Source: an uncultured Bacillota bacterium
GTDB lineage: Bacteria > Bacillota > Clostridia > Christensenellales > UBA1242
Direction of reading: 5' to 3'
Assembly (NCBI GenBank): GCA_948465545.1
Contig: CAOJXO010000001.1
Location: 4,150 to 68,149 of the forward strand
DNA length: 64,000 nt
A program made the position numbers and the translations under genes. The notes below the pieces were generated by a model. It was given only the letters and a program-made list of their open reading frames with translations, made no database searches and was not told the DNA's origin. Positions 1 to 11,200 of the stretch are shown piece by piece. Positions within the stretch are counted from its first letter, which is position 1; each line of letters opens with the position of its first letter.

Positions 1-358
1 GAGCATCCTGCGCTTTCTTTATAACATTGCCTAAATCACCCTGAACATCTGTTGCAGTTTGGCTTGCATAAGTTACTGTTTGACCGATAAGAACATTCAT
101 TCTATTGTTCTTAACAAGTCCAGAAGTAACAAAATGCCCTATACCAATAAACGCAACTAACGCAACTGCTACCGTAGCAATGGCCTTTGGCCTTGACTTT
201 TCATTTGTGAATTTGTCTATAATCCAATCTTTAACCTTAACCCTTGATTTAGCATCGGTAGGATCTTTTGCGTCAATTTCACCTCCATCCACTTCAACTG
301 TAGGTTTTGCCCCAAAAAGTCTCTTAAAACTATTTTTTTCTTCAGTCCTACTTGCCAT
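1..358 (-). CDS. hypothetical membrane-anchored protein, 3' end outside window
   Basis: GGAGG RBS before ATG at 358; open frame MASRTEEKNSFKRLFG... with hydrophobic segment IATVAVALVAFIGIG, running off the left edge. Confidence 0.7.
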   Translation of the reverse strand, partial: MASRTEEKNSFKRLFGAKPTVEVDGGEIDAKDPTDAKSRVKVKDWIIDKFTNEKSRPKAIATVAVALVAFIGIGHFVTSGLVKNNRMNVLIGQTVTYASQTATDVQGDLGNVIKKAQDA

Positions 359-423
359 AGTAATACCTCCTTCTTGTTATCTATATTATACGCCATTAAC
401 CCCCATTTGTCAATAGGCTATTT

Positions 424-1008
424 TCAACTTTCTATCTTTTCATCAAGATAAGTCGCTTCCAAATCCGCCAAATGAAACAAAAAGCATATCGGATATCTAT
501 AAAAAGCGTCTTGAATAGAATAAAGTCCACCCTTTACCCTAGGATCATATTCACCCATATGCCAATTAATCGCCATTGCCTCCACCCTATCAAGTTTAAC
601 AAACCCTGAAAGGATATATACCGATTTTTCGCCATGTCCATAAGGCAAGGTATCTTCATATTTGAAATATGGTTTTTGCACCCATTGATTATCCACTTTA
701 ACATTTCTTACATCTTCGGTGTAGGTGTTAACCTTACATATGTCATGAAATAATGCAATAATAGTAGCACTTTCAAGCGAGAGTTTATCAGTCCAGTTTC
801 TACCATATTCAGATTCAAGAATTTTAATAAACCTCTTGTAAACCTTTAAAGAATGTACACATAATCCACCGCGATAGTTTGAATGACGCCTACCACTTGC
901 AGGTGCAGTAAAAAAGTCTGTACGCTCTAGCCATTCAATCAATTTGTCAGAACCATCACGTTCAACATTATCATAGAAGATTTCCAAAAATTCATCTTTT
1001 GCGTCCAT
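424..1008 (-). CDS. HD-domain phosphohydrolase
   Basis: APAS..HS...GGL..HS and ALFHDICK motifs, later GHGEKS, HMG and AD residues typical of HD hydrolases. Confidence 0.85.
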   Translation of the reverse strand: MDAKDEFLEIFYDNVERDGSDKLIEWLERTDFFTAPASGRRHSNYRGGLCVHSLKVYKRFIKILESEYGRNWTDKLSLESATIIALFHDICKVNTYTEDVRNVKVDNQWVQKPYFKYEDTLPYGHGEKSVYILSGFVKLDRVEAMAINWHMGEYDPRVKGGLYSIQDAFYRYPICFLFHLADLEATYLDEKIES

Positions 1009-1132
1009 ATTGCCCCTTTTATTATATGTATAGTAGTATATATTATATATTTTTTCATAAAAAAAACAAACATAATCGCAAAGTTAAGACAAAAAATATA
1101 AAAAAATGGTTATACAAAATGCCTATAAATTA

Positions 1133-1162
1133 TTGACTTAAAAGCAAAAGATGTGCTATTAT
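1133..1162 (+). promoter_or_regulatory. sigma-A-type promoter of tRNA-Ser
   Basis: TTGACT (1133) and TGC-TATTAT (1157) just upstream of the tRNA. Confidence 0.6.
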
Positions 1163-1177
1163 GAGATAGTCGGCAAT

Positions 1178-1268
1178 GGGGAGATACTCAAGAGGTCGAA
1201 GAGGCGGCCCTGCTAAGGCTGTAGGTCGGGCAACCGGCGCAAGGGTTCAAATCCCTTTCTTCCCGCCA
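1178..1268 (+). tRNA. tRNA-Ser(GCT)
   Basis: acceptor GGGGAGA/TCTTCCC, anticodon arm CGGCC-CTGCTAA-GGCTG, long variable arm, T arm AAGGG-TTCAAAT-CCCTT, encoded CCA. Confidence 0.97.
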
Positions 1269-1480
1269 GACAATTGTCGTTTGAACGAATTATCAAACGG
1301 CAATTTTTTTATGTCTTTTTCAGACAATTCAAGTTCTTGCCTATAAATTGTTGTTCCACCATTGTTTTGATCGCCATCGGGGTTATTTGGGCTCCACTTA
1401 TATATTTCTTCAGCAGGATTAAAACTTGTGTTATAAACAATTGTTATTCTATCATCAAACAATTTAACTCTTAAAATAAA
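1247..1480 (-). pseudogene. C-terminal remnant of a probable large serine recombinase
   Basis: VELFDDRITIVYN...KRQLSGGKKGI reads into the antisense tRNA 3' end, as seen for tRNA-targeting recombinases; upstream frame is broken. Confidence 0.55.
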
Positions 1481-1660
1481 ATTGTTAAAGAAATCATTTT
1501 TATCTGTTTTGCTATCAAAATTTTTTCGTTTTGTAATCTTTTGATAATCGATCTGCTTTTTTGAATTTTTCTTACACTTTCTTCATATCCACAATCATCA
1601 TAGAAAAGTCACTGCCTGCACGTATTTGGCAGCGAGAAAGATTCTATACTTTTTTATAAT

Positions 1661-1691
1661 AAAAAGCTCAATCAATTACGATTGAGTTTTT
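1661..1691 (-). terminator. intrinsic terminator of the RM operon
   Basis: AAAAAGCTCAATC-aattac-GATTGAGTTTTT hairpin at the endonuclease stop. Confidence 0.7.
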
Positions 1692-3054
1692 ACTCTTTAT
1701 CTTTAAAAGTTGAATTTAGTTGGGAAAGGATATAATAATTATTAAGCCAGAAACATTGTTTTGGAAACATTTTGCCATTTGGCAATTCATCGACATCATT
1801 TGAATTTCTAGCATGTGGTCTTACATGACCAACTTTATTATCTCTTAGTTTTGGTAAATCACTTGTGTTTTTATTGTCTACCTTTCTAAAACTTGCACCT
1901 TCTAATATAACTTTTTTTGTTATTTCCCATACCTTTTTCATTTCAATTTCTAAATCATTATATGGCATATTCCAGAACTGGCAACCTTTTAATCTAAGAA
2001 TCCCATTTCCATCTTGTTTATATACAATGAATAAGAAACGTGTTTCAGAAAAATAGTTTTGTAAATCGGAATCTTCCCAAGTTTGGTTAGCTATTTCTTT
2101 AAATTTGAAAGTCCTAAATGACATACTTTCTGTAATAGTATTATTCGCATTCAATCTAATTGTTTTAACATTTATGCCAGCTTTTATGAATTCTTCTGCT
2201 TTATTACTCTTTAAACCCAAAATGTTAAATGCCAACAAGGATTCTTTATTTTTAATTGGTTTTTTCTTGTCAATTTTAAAACAATCACAAAGTTCATCTA
2301 TAGAATAATTTTTATATTTATCAATTTTCTCAACAACATATTCTTCAAATGTTTTATCCTTTAACATTGATACATCTGAAACTATTTTTTCATTCTTAAT
2401 ATTTCCAAATATATAGTTTTGAAGAATATAAGTCATGTATGAAGTTTTTAGACAATATGCTCTTTGTTTTGCTAAAACATAAGAAAATGGTTGTTTTCTT
2501 AAACTGCTTGAGTTAGCACCTTTTGTGCATGCTCCTAAATACAAGGTATCTCCTTCGGATATTTGCTCCGCAATACCAGATTTTATCTTGGAAATAATTT
2601 TCCCCCAATCATCTCTTATAATTGCTAAATCTTCTTCAGGGAAAGAAAATAATACAGCCTTGGCAATAGAAAAATATTCTTTGCTAATATTTATTTTATC
2701 TTCATATGGAAGTAATAACATATCATGGCATTTTAAATAAAACGCGCTTGTTTCAAATGTCTTGTTGTATTCTTCCATATAATTTATGATGTCACAAACT
2801 AATCTTTCTTTTGCAACAACTTGACCATTTCGGTTGTAGCGGAAAGGGTGTGCTTTTAATTCAACATCTGCTTCCACAAAATCAGGTCTTGGGTCACTGT
2901 TTACAGGAATCCCAAACCAGCATTCTTGAATTAAATTCCCAATTGCACCTTTACCAGAAGCTAATATTCCTTTTGTATCTATGTTTTTAAATGGAATGCC
3001 AATAAGTTCTTGTGCTCTTTCTAATATATCCTTTTTTGTTGCGTATTGTTGCAT
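1690..3054 (-). CDS. Sau3AI/MutH-family type II restriction endonuclease
   Basis: KGAIGNLIQECWFG..NSDPRPDF...VELK MutH-like core, SEGDTLYLGACTKG, second MutH-like domain ending HVRPHARN...KQCFWLN; start moved to ATG 3054 after a GAGG RBS. Confidence 0.9.
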   Translation of the reverse strand: MQQYATKKDILERAQELIGIPFKNIDTKGILASGKGAIGNLIQECWFGIPVNSDPRPDFVEADVELKAHPFRYNRNGQVVAKERLVCDIINYMEEYNKTFETSAFYLKCHDMLLLPYEDKINISKEYFSIAKAVLFSFPEEDLAIIRDDWGKIISKIKSGIAEQISEGDTLYLGACTKGANSSSLRKQPFSYVLAKQRAYCLKTSYMTYILQNYIFGNIKNEKIVSDVSMLKDKTFEEYVVEKIDKYKNYSIDELCDCFKIDKKKPIKNKESLLAFNILGLKSNKAEEFIKAGINVKTIRLNANNTITESMSFRTFKFKEIANQTWEDSDLQNYFSETRFLFIVYKQDGNGILRLKGCQFWNMPYNDLEIEMKKVWEITKKVILEGASFRKVDNKNTSDLPKLRDNKVGHVRPHARNSNDVDELPNGKMFPKQCFWLNNYYILSQLNSTFKDKE

Positions 3055-3055
3055 A

Positions 3056-4258
3056 CTAATCTTCCTCATCAAAAATTTCTTCAATAATTCTAGCCATTCT
3101 AGTAATCATTGGAACGACAAGTGCATTACCCATACAAAAATATCTCATTTTCTTTGGCATACCAGTATCAGTCCAATTATCATCAAAGCCTTGTATTCTT
3201 TCAGCCTCAACAGGAGTGATAAGTCTTAAATTATTGGTTTCAGCATCTCGTATTACATGTGAACTTCGATTTAATGTTGCTTCCGATGTCAACATTGTTC
3301 TAGCTGGTAAATCTAAAGAATCAGGGAATGCAATAGCACCTTCGCTAAATATATAACAATGTCCATCTCTGCTTGTTCTATTTATTCTTTTAGAGCCTTT
3401 AAGGTATTGCCACTTTTCCATATTATTTGTTATATAAAACTCTTCACCAACATTATTTTCAATAATATTTTTTAATGGAACATTTTCTTCTAACTGAGCA
3501 TTAACATCACAAGTTTTAATATACCCATTGCTCATATATCCAGCATTTTTAAAACCAAATTTAAATTCATTTGAAATTTTAACTAAATCCATAGAAGTAA
3601 ATACTTCATTTGTTATAGTACTATTTCCGTTAATTGGAAAAGTTCTCGCAAAAAGCCCTGCGTGCAAAATTATTTCTTCTGGATTTTGAACAGCCTTTTT
3701 TTCTCCATAATTAGTATTGTTTTTATATGCAAAAATAAAAACCCTTCGTCTTCGTTGAGCCGCTCCGTATTCTGCTGCGTTTACAACTCTCCATTCAACT
3801 GAATAATTTAATTGATTAAAGCAGGCTAATATTATTCCAAAATCTCTTCCTCTTTGCTTTGCTGGAGATTTTAGTAATCTATCTACGTTTTCAAGTAAAA
3901 TAAATGATGGCTGTTTCTCTTCAAGAATATCTCTAATTTGCCACCACAGCACACCTTTTTTGCCTTCAATCCCATGGCTACTACTTAAACTATGTGCAAC
4001 TGAATAATCTTGACAGGGAAAACCTCCAACCAATAAATTATGGTTGGGAATTTCTCTTTTATTTACTTTGGCTATATCAATTCCTGTATTCTTATCAATA
4101 TCGCCCCAATGACTAACATAGCATTGATGAGCCCATTGATTTTTTGCTCCTGGTTCCCATTGAGAAAACCAAACAGTGTTCCAATCATTTGACTGTCGTT
4201 CAAAACCTAATCTAAATCCGCCAACACCTGCAAATAGTTCACAAATAGTTTTTTTCAT
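3056..4258 (-). CDS. C5 cytosine DNA methyltransferase (M.Sau3AI-like)
   Basis: ELFAGVGG, GFPCQDYS, ENV, QRRRR and MGNA motifs; adjacent to the Sau3AI-like endonuclease. Confidence 0.95.
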   Translation of the reverse strand: MKKTICELFAGVGGFRLGFERQSNDWNTVWFSQWEPGAKNQWAHQCYVSHWGDIDKNTGIDIAKVNKREIPNHNLLVGGFPCQDYSVAHSLSSSHGIEGKKGVLWWQIRDILEEKQPSFILLENVDRLLKSPAKQRGRDFGIILACFNQLNYSVEWRVVNAAEYGAAQRRRRVFIFAYKNNTNYGEKKAVQNPEEIILHAGLFARTFPINGNSTITNEVFTSMDLVKISNEFKFGFKNAGYMSNGYIKTCDVNAQLEENVPLKNIIENNVGEEFYITNNMEKWQYLKGSKRINRTSRDGHCYIFSEGAIAFPDSLDLPARTMLTSEATLNRSSHVIRDAETNNLRLITPVEAERIQGFDDNWTDTGMPKKMRYFCMGNALVVPMITRMARIIEEIFDEED

Positions 4259-4421
4259 ATAGTTCCTTTGTTTTTCTAGATTATAAATGCATTATAACAC
4301 AAAATTTTTATATTTGTTTAATTTTTATAAACTTATTTTAACATATTTTTAAATAAAATCACTTTTAATTCTACAAATTTTATTATTTTTATGTTATAAT
4401 GAGACATATAAGGAGAAATTT

Positions 4422-5195
4422 ATGAAAAACAAGAAGCATTTTAATCATATATGCTGGTTAATACCTGCATTAATCATACTATTTTTTGTAATTTTCTCTA
4501 TTTTTCGTTCATTCAAAGAAGAGAGTTTGGAACTTAAAGATTGGTTAACTTTTGTTGGCTCTTATTTGGGATTTGCTGGAAACATTATTTTAGGATATGT
4601 TGCAATTTATCAAAATAGAAAATTAAGAGATGATAATGTAAAACAACGCAAAAATGCTATCAAACCTATTCTCAATTTCAAATATAGAAAACTAAATATC
4701 ATAGAACTTTCAAAAATGCACGAATATTTTCATCATCTAAAAATAGACGATAATTGTATTATAGAACATACTAATCTCATTCCAAGAGATATTCGTTCTT
4801 TATGCAGTAAAGACTTTGAATTATACAAAATGAGTTCTGACATGTCAGTTTCTAATGAAGTATATAACAGATTCGAATCTAGATTCCAAAAAGATTTTAT
4901 TAAACTTTCTAAAAAATATTTACTAATTGATTTTTATTTAGATAACAATGGTAATGGTAATGCTATTAATATAGAGATTTTGTTAAATAATAACAAATTG
5001 AATATATCACCATCATTACAATCAAATAAATACAATGCTTATTTGTTTTTGGTTGAACTTAATGTTAAATTAAATACAACAAATCTTAATTTGAATTTAA
5101 ATTATGAAGATATAGACAACGAAAGTTTTACCAAACAGGAAACAATTTGTGTAACCCGCAACATTAATGGTCAATTAACAACAAATGATAAATAA
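4422..5195 (+). CDS. hypothetical membrane protein (two N-terminal TM segments)
   Basis: AGGAG RBS, 257 aa, hydrophobic N-terminus; islet cargo. Confidence 0.75.
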   Translation: MKNKKHFNHICWLIPALIILFFVIFSIFRSFKEESLELKDWLTFVGSYLGFAGNIILGYVAIYQNRKLRDDNVKQRKNAIKPILNFKYRKLNIIELSKMHEYFHHLKIDDNCIIEHTNLIPRDIRSLCSKDFELYKMSSDMSVSNEVYNRFESRFQKDFIKLSKKYLLIDFYLDNNGNGNAINIEILLNNNKLNISPSLQSNKYNAYLFLVELNVKLNTTNLNLNLNYEDIDNESFTKQETICVTRNINGQLTTNDK

Positions 5196-5232
5196 ATTTT
5201 ATTTTTAATTATTAGTTCAACTTGAATAGTGT

Positions 5233-5351
5233 TCGTCCCGCCAAAAAATTTCAAATACGAACACCAAATATATTTTCCTCGATGAGAAAAATTTTGGAGT
5301 TTGTATTAAGCGAGATAAAGGTGTTCGTATTTTAAATACCTCGTCCTGCCA
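5233..5351. repeat. att-like direct repeats enclosing a 13 bp inverted repeat
   Basis: TCGTCCCGCCA (5233) and TCGTCCTGCCA (5341); AAATACGAACACC (5253) and GGTGTTCGTATTT (5320). Confidence 0.65.
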
Positions 5352-5448
5352 AGAGAAATTTGTACGCACGATTTATTATGATGCGTACTTTTATTTATTA
5401 TTTTATACTCATACATACTTTGCACTAAACTGTATAACAAAAAAGGGA

Positions 5449-6153
5449 TTAATCATTAATCTCTTTTTTGTTATTCCTTTTTTCTTTAAGTTTTTTATAT
5501 TTTTGTTTAAAGAGTTTTATGTTGTCAAGAAAGTATAATATATATCCTATCAATACAAAAAACATAACTAAAATACTTAACCAAGTAAAGAATCCTCCCC
5601 AGCCAAGTTTATCAACATCTAAAAAGAAATATGGGTATATTATCGTTCCTGTTGCACCATTTAAAATTGCACCCCTAATAAGAACAAATATAACATAAAC
5701 TAGAGGCATGATTGTAGATAAAAGAGGATAATACCATTTAACTTTCCCATGCTTATAGAAAAGTATCCAGTCTAGGATAAACATAATAGGCAATATCAAA
5801 TGCATAAGAAGATTTGATAATGAAGTAAAATAATCAAACGCAGAACTATCTTTAGCAAGCAAAATATTATAGACAAGGAATGTAACCATAATTAATATAA
5901 CACAAAGGAATTTAAATGTTGGTGCAGTCGAAACCAAGCCATCGTCATCTTTCTTATTTGCCTTTCTAATAGTTTGGATTAGACTAACAAACATAAGCCC
6001 TATGCAAATATAGTTACTCAAATTTGTATAGTAGACATAAAAATCCGCATTGAAACTTTGGTTAAAATATCCCAAACTACCAATAATTCCTAAAATAGCA
6101 AGTGTACAATAAACAGTTTGAAATACTATTTGCGCAATTCTATTTTTTATCAT
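5449..6153 (-). CDS. Pr6Pr/FAR-17a-AIG1-like integral membrane protein
   Basis: YYTNLSN, HLILPIMFILDW and YPYFFLD motifs; about six TM segments; start placed after GGAGG. Confidence 0.8.
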   Translation of the reverse strand: MIKNRIAQIVFQTVYCTLAILGIIGSLGYFNQSFNADFYVYYTNLSNYICIGLMFVSLIQTIRKANKKDDDGLVSTAPTFKFLCVILIMVTFLVYNILLAKDSSAFDYFTSLSNLLMHLILPIMFILDWILFYKHGKVKWYYPLLSTIMPLVYVIFVLIRGAILNGATGTIIYPYFFLDVDKLGWGGFFTWLSILVMFFVLIGYILYFLDNIKLFKQKYKKLKEKRNNKKEIND

Positions 6154-6169
6154 AATTCCCTCCATTCTA

Positions 6170-7021
6170 CTATTGATTTTTTTCAAAGAATGCAACCCCT
6201 ATTCCTCCTGGTCCTATATGAGTACCGATTGTACTTCCTATCATATAGGCAGGGATTGACTCTGCTTTATCTTTCCATAAATGCCCGCTATCTTCAACGT
6301 ATTTTTTTAGCATAGAATTGTCAATTCCCGACCAAACTACACCATAAGGCATATCAAAATCTATTCCTTTTTTCTCTACAAGCGAATTTAAAAGATTGTT
6401 TCCTTTTTTAGAGCCTATTGCTTTTCCGATAAGTTTAACTTCTCCATCAATAACCCCTATAACAGGCTTAATAGAAAGCACCTCTCCCGCAAATGCTGTA
6501 ATAGCAGAAATCCTACCACCTTTCTTCAAATACTTTAATGTGTCAAGTAGTGCTATAACATTAATCCTATTTTTAACACTATTTAATTTGTCAACGATAT
6601 TTTTTATATTTTCACCCTGCTTATTCAACTCTAAAGCATAAAGGCACAAAATCCTCTCTCCAATACTAGCATTCAAACTATCAACAACATGAACCTTGCC
6701 ATTAAACTTTTTTGAAGCCTCAACCGCACTACGATAAGTGCCAGAAAGTTTAGAAGAAATTGTGATTGCAATCACCTCATCACCCTCGTTTACAAGTTTT
6801 TCAAATTCTTCTTCAAATCTATATGGATTAATCTGACTTGTTTTTGGAAGTTCCACACTTTCTATTAATTTTTCAAAAAATTCTTTATGTGAAAGATTTA
6901 CCCCATCCAAATACTCTTCTTCTTTAAACCTAACCTCCATAGGAATTAAAGAAACTCCATATTTTTTCGCCTCTTCAAAATCAATATCCGAAGCCGAATC
7001 AATTACAATTTTAATTGCCAT
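6170..7021 (-). CDS. DegV-family fatty-acid-binding protein
   Basis: IVIDSASD, PKTSQ, SSKLSGTY, LKKGGR, IKPVI and HIGPG motifs. Confidence 0.95.
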   Translation of the reverse strand: MAIKIVIDSASDIDFEEAKKYGVSLIPMEVRFKEEEYLDGVNLSHKEFFEKLIESVELPKTSQINPYRFEEEFEKLVNEGDEVIAITISSKLSGTYRSAVEASKKFNGKVHVVDSLNASIGERILCLYALELNKQGENIKNIVDKLNSVKNRINVIALLDTLKYLKKGGRISAITAFAGEVLSIKPVIGVIDGEVKLIGKAIGSKKGNNLLNSLVEKKGIDFDMPYGVVWSGIDNSMLKKYVEDSGHLWKDKAESIPAYMIGSTIGTHIGPGGIGVAFFEKNQ

Positions 7022-7473
7022 TATTTACCTCCTTGACTATCACAAATCTTTTGTAAATTATCAGATATCAAATCAAGACTTTCATAAAAGACCTTTCTAT
7101 TCACCTCACTAAGCCCCGCACTTGACAACTCTAACAACTCATCTACCTTGTCAGATATAAACCTGCCCAACTTTTCACCTTTTTCAGTTAGTACAATCGG
7201 ACTTCTATATCTTTTTTCACTTTTAGAAAAACAAGAAGTATACCCTTCTCTTTCTAAGAACTCTATAGCCCGCGATACTGCTGCTTTATCCTCATCACAA
7301 ATATCACAAAGTTCTTTAGCTGTTAATTGTTTATCAGATCTATATAAATAATAGATACAAGAAACATGTGTACTTTTTAAACCTAAACGTGACATTTCTT
7401 CTGTCTTAATTTTGTGTATATTTCTTACAATTCTATTAACAAGCACTGTAAACTTTTTAAACCGATCTTCCAC
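7021..7473 (-). CDS. MarR-family transcriptional regulator
   Basis: winged HTH (LTAKELC..DKAAVSRAIEFLE..G..LTEKG); likely GTG start at 7473; operon with DegV. Confidence 0.85.
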   Translation of the reverse strand: MEDRFKKFTVLVNRIVRNIHKIKTEEMSRLGLKSTHVSCIYYLYRSDKQLTAKELCDICDEDKAAVSRAIEFLEREGYTSCFSKSEKRYRSPIVLTEKGEKLGRFISDKVDELLELSSAGLSEVNRKVFYESLDLISDNLQKICDSQGGK

Positions 7474-7579
7474 ATTCGCCCCCGCTTGTTGATACATCAA
7501 CAAGTTTATATTAACATATTTATTCCTACATGTCAAACATAAATACAAAAAAATAAAGAACATTGCGTACGCAACATTC

Positions 7580-8044
7580 TTATATCTTTACAATCTCAAC
7601 AAATACAAAACTTAATTGAGAAATTAAGTTTATATTATATCCTTCTAAAATGCCTTTCGGATTGGAAAAATACTCCTCTTCCGCAGACAACAGTGTATTT
7701 TCATCTATAATCTCGCTGGAAACCTTAATAAAAACTTTATCAAGTTTATTTATAACAACCAACTCTCCTTCACTTTTCGCCAAACCACTATCAATAATAT
7801 AGTTTTTCATATACTCGATAGCACGTTCCATATCAACAACTTCAGGAATACTTTGTTCTGGAGGGTCATTTTTTGTATCATCCTTATCAGGATTAATCGG
7901 TTTCTCTGGCGGTTTTGTTATTTGTGTAATATCAGATGGAGCATCCGAACCTCCACTATATCTCCCACAAGCAAAACCCACTATACCTATACATAAAATA
8001 AAAGCGCACACAAAACAAACGCTTAAAACCTTTTTGAGTTTCAT
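7580..8044 (-). CDS. putative lipoprotein
   Basis: signal peptide ending in FAC-G lipobox followed by a Pro/Asp-rich linker. Confidence 0.65.
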   Translation of the reverse strand: MKLKKVLSVCFVCAFILCIGIVGFACGRYSGGSDAPSDITQITKPPEKPINPDKDDTKNDPPEQSIPEVVDMERAIEYMKNYIIDSGLAKSEGELVVINKLDKVFIKVSSEIIDENTLLSAEEEYFSNPKGILEGYNINLISQLSFVFVEIVKI

Positions 8045-8180
8045 ACTAATCATCCTCTGACAATTATTATACATTTTTCGACAGAATAACCCAAACAATT
8101 TGAATAAGAGTAGAAAAAACATTAAACATATTTATATTTAATAATCAAAATCAAGTGTTAATAGGTTTGTCTTAAAAAAC

Positions 8181-8224
8181 AAAACACTTAACTAAGTCAA
8201 AAATGACTATGCGTTAAGTGTTTT
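8181..8224 (-). terminator. intrinsic terminator of the M60 gene
   Basis: AAAACACTTAAC...GTTAAGTGTTTT inverted repeat. Confidence 0.6.
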
Positions 8225-8257
8225 AGTTAAATATTCAACATTGTTGTGAATATACAT

Positions 8258-11200
8258 CTATTTCTTTTTTATTGTTTTAGAAGGTGTAGATTTACATTTT
8301 TGTACTTTACTATTTGAAACAGGCTTTTTGACATCTGTCGTTTTAGATGTTTTAGTGTTTACATTCGTTGGTTTTGCTGCAACATTTGTTTTTGCTGGCT
8401 TGCTAGGTGTTTTTTCAACCTTGGCAGGCTTTTTTGTTTGTTGAGGCAAAGTTTCCTGTTTTGACTGTGTTTTATTAGTCTTGTTTAATGCTACCTGTTT
8501 CTTATTCGTTTCTCCTTCTTTTTTATTTCCCGCTTTTGATTCTTTGTTTTTAGATTCAGCAACCTTTTTATCTTTGCTAGTTTTATTTAATTTCTTCTCT
8601 TGTCGTTTTGCTTTATTTTCTTCAAGTTTTTTATCAAGCCAGTTGATTGCTTTATTATTTCCCATCAATTTTCTAAATTTAGGGAGAAATAGTAAACAAA
8701 TTAAGAGCACCGCAAGTGCAACAAAAAGGAGAACAAATACAACTAAAGAAATTGTTAATGCCCTTTCAAGATAAATATTAGGTGCATTCAGAAGTGATGC
8801 TGAATAAGGTATTCCTATTGCGTTCAACACAACCTTTTCACTACCCATTGTAATTATTTCCATAGTATGCTCCTTATCATCTAAATTTTCAGCATAGAAT
8901 ACTAACTTTCGTGCCTCACGTGCACTGCTATAGAGGTCAACAACCTCAACTTGCACCCCATCAATGATTATATTTATCTTACCGCAATCGTTATCTGTTC
9001 TTGCATAGAGAGCAACACTTTCTCCCTTAAATCTTATAACCGCCTTAGCATTTGCTTTGTTTGCAATAAGGTAACCATTTGGTTCGGTATCAATCTCAGT
9101 AGAACTTTGCCATCCGTCTGCTGTGAAGAGTTTTGAACTCGAAAGCGAAATCAGTTTTTGTACTGGTGAATCGATTCCTGCATCTATTTCGGATACTACC
9201 GAAAAGCGACCACCTGATGTTTTCTTCACAACAAGGCGAAGATATCTAGCATGATGAGTTTCAAATTTTAAAGTTATTGAATTTTTTACATAGTTTGATC
9301 TGTCACCCTCTGCAACCATTTCCCATTCAAAACTACCATCTTCCGCCATTTCACCTGCAAGATAGAGTTCAAAATCTTCTATATATGAATTTGAATGGTT
9401 ACGTGTAACAACCTTAAAGAAATTTATATCTTGAACCTTTTGGGTATCTATAATAAATTCATGTGGGTTGTTCTCAGAAAGTGGGACATAACTTCCTGAA
9501 TATGCAGTATGGAGATATGTGCCCTCTTCACCATCAATCAAATAACCCCATTTGTCAATATTGATTTCATATGCATCTCTGACTGGGTCACCATTTGCAT
9601 CTAAAACTTCATTTCCATTTTCGTCTACTCTAACAACATATTGTACTTCGGTGTCATAACGACCTTCATGAATATACTCAGGTGCTTTTAAAACATCCCA
9701 CATAGTTTTATCTGTTCCAGATGTAGAAAGTTTAACACCCGACTTCTTTGAAACAATGTAGTTTGGTTCAAAGATATATGTTTCAGCCTCAATACCAAGT
9801 GGATACTCTGGATGGAATACTTGTGAGGAAGGAATAATGACATACTTTGCACCATCAGCCACAAACTCATTAAACTTGTCGTTATCAAGTGTTTCTGCCG
9901 ACAGCACCTGTCCGTCTTTCTGAAGAACATAAACAGAGCCGTTTATTCTTGAACCCATATTCCCACGACTTGTTGTCATAAGTCTAATTGCATAATATTC
10001 ATCTTTTTCGACCTGCATTACATGTTTAAAATTAGTGCTAAGCCCTATATTGCCTGAGAAAATAAGATCTGTGCCCTCTAAGTGCTCAAAGTCTTCGCCT
10101 ACATACAGCCTAATTGCTCTTCCTGCGATTGTTAATGCAACTTCACCAGTAACAGGTGCTTTCCACCAAAAGTCTGCCGTACGCACTTCAAGATTTGATG
10201 TTGTATACGCCGTCATACTTGCACCAGTTGAAGTTGGAAGATACTGTGGTTGTTGTTGTGAGATTTGCTCGCTAAAACTATCAAACATCTCTCTTCCACC
10301 CTTACCAGGATCTTGCAATGAAGTGTACTGTGAAATTCTTGAACCGTTATAGCCTATTCTTAGGTAAATTGTAAGTTTGTGAATTACGCCATCTTTTAAT
10401 TTAACATTAAATGAGAATTGATCTGTCGCACCTGTATAGCCCTTATTAAATGAATAAGTCCATTTGTTTTTATCAGTGTTTCTGATTGACCCATGTACTG
10501 GATTTTCTACCGATATTATTTCAAATCCCTTTTCTTCTCTTGTATCAAGTGCACTTACCGTGGTTGACATAAGATCAAAGGTAATATCGTCACCAAAAGT
10601 AACCAGATAATCACCTGCCGTTTTAACCCCATCAATTCCGCCAGCATAGAAATTGGCTACTGGATTATAGTTTGGAAAAGATTTCATCAAATCAAGTTGA
10701 TCTTCTGTAAACATTTCTTCGGTAATATTTGCAGCATAAAAATCATTAAAGTAAGAAAGGAAATTCATCTGATAAACAGTCGCACATCTATATGCAAAAT
10801 CAGCACGTGGATTAGAACAATATTCTGAATTTAACTTATAGGTATAAAGAAGTTCATAATATTTTTCAGCACCAAAAGAATGCATAATGTTTGAATACAT
10901 TTCAAGTGCATGCCAGTAGCCAGCCTCGTTAAAATCATGCATCTTACCTTTGTTTGCCAACATATCATTTACAACTCTGTAAGGGTTTGCATACATACCA
11001 TGTTCTGCACTGCCACCCATACGTATTGTTGTACCTACATCAGCAAACATTATATATGAAAGCACGGTTAAGGCATTGTTTCTTACCTCACCTTCCTGCC
11101 CTGTACGAAAGCCCCATATAGAGCCGTAAGCACTGGCATGATTATGCCCTATTTCATGAAGAGTACCCCATGTACCAGATGCTAATAACCCTCTATAGTT

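Larger units (their letters stand above)
1261..5243. mobile_element. 4 kb restriction-modification islet integrated at the tRNA-Ser 3' end
   Basis: TCCCGCCA direct repeat at 1261-1268 and 5236-5243; recombinase remnant at the tRNA-proximal end; RM cargo. Confidence 0.7.
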
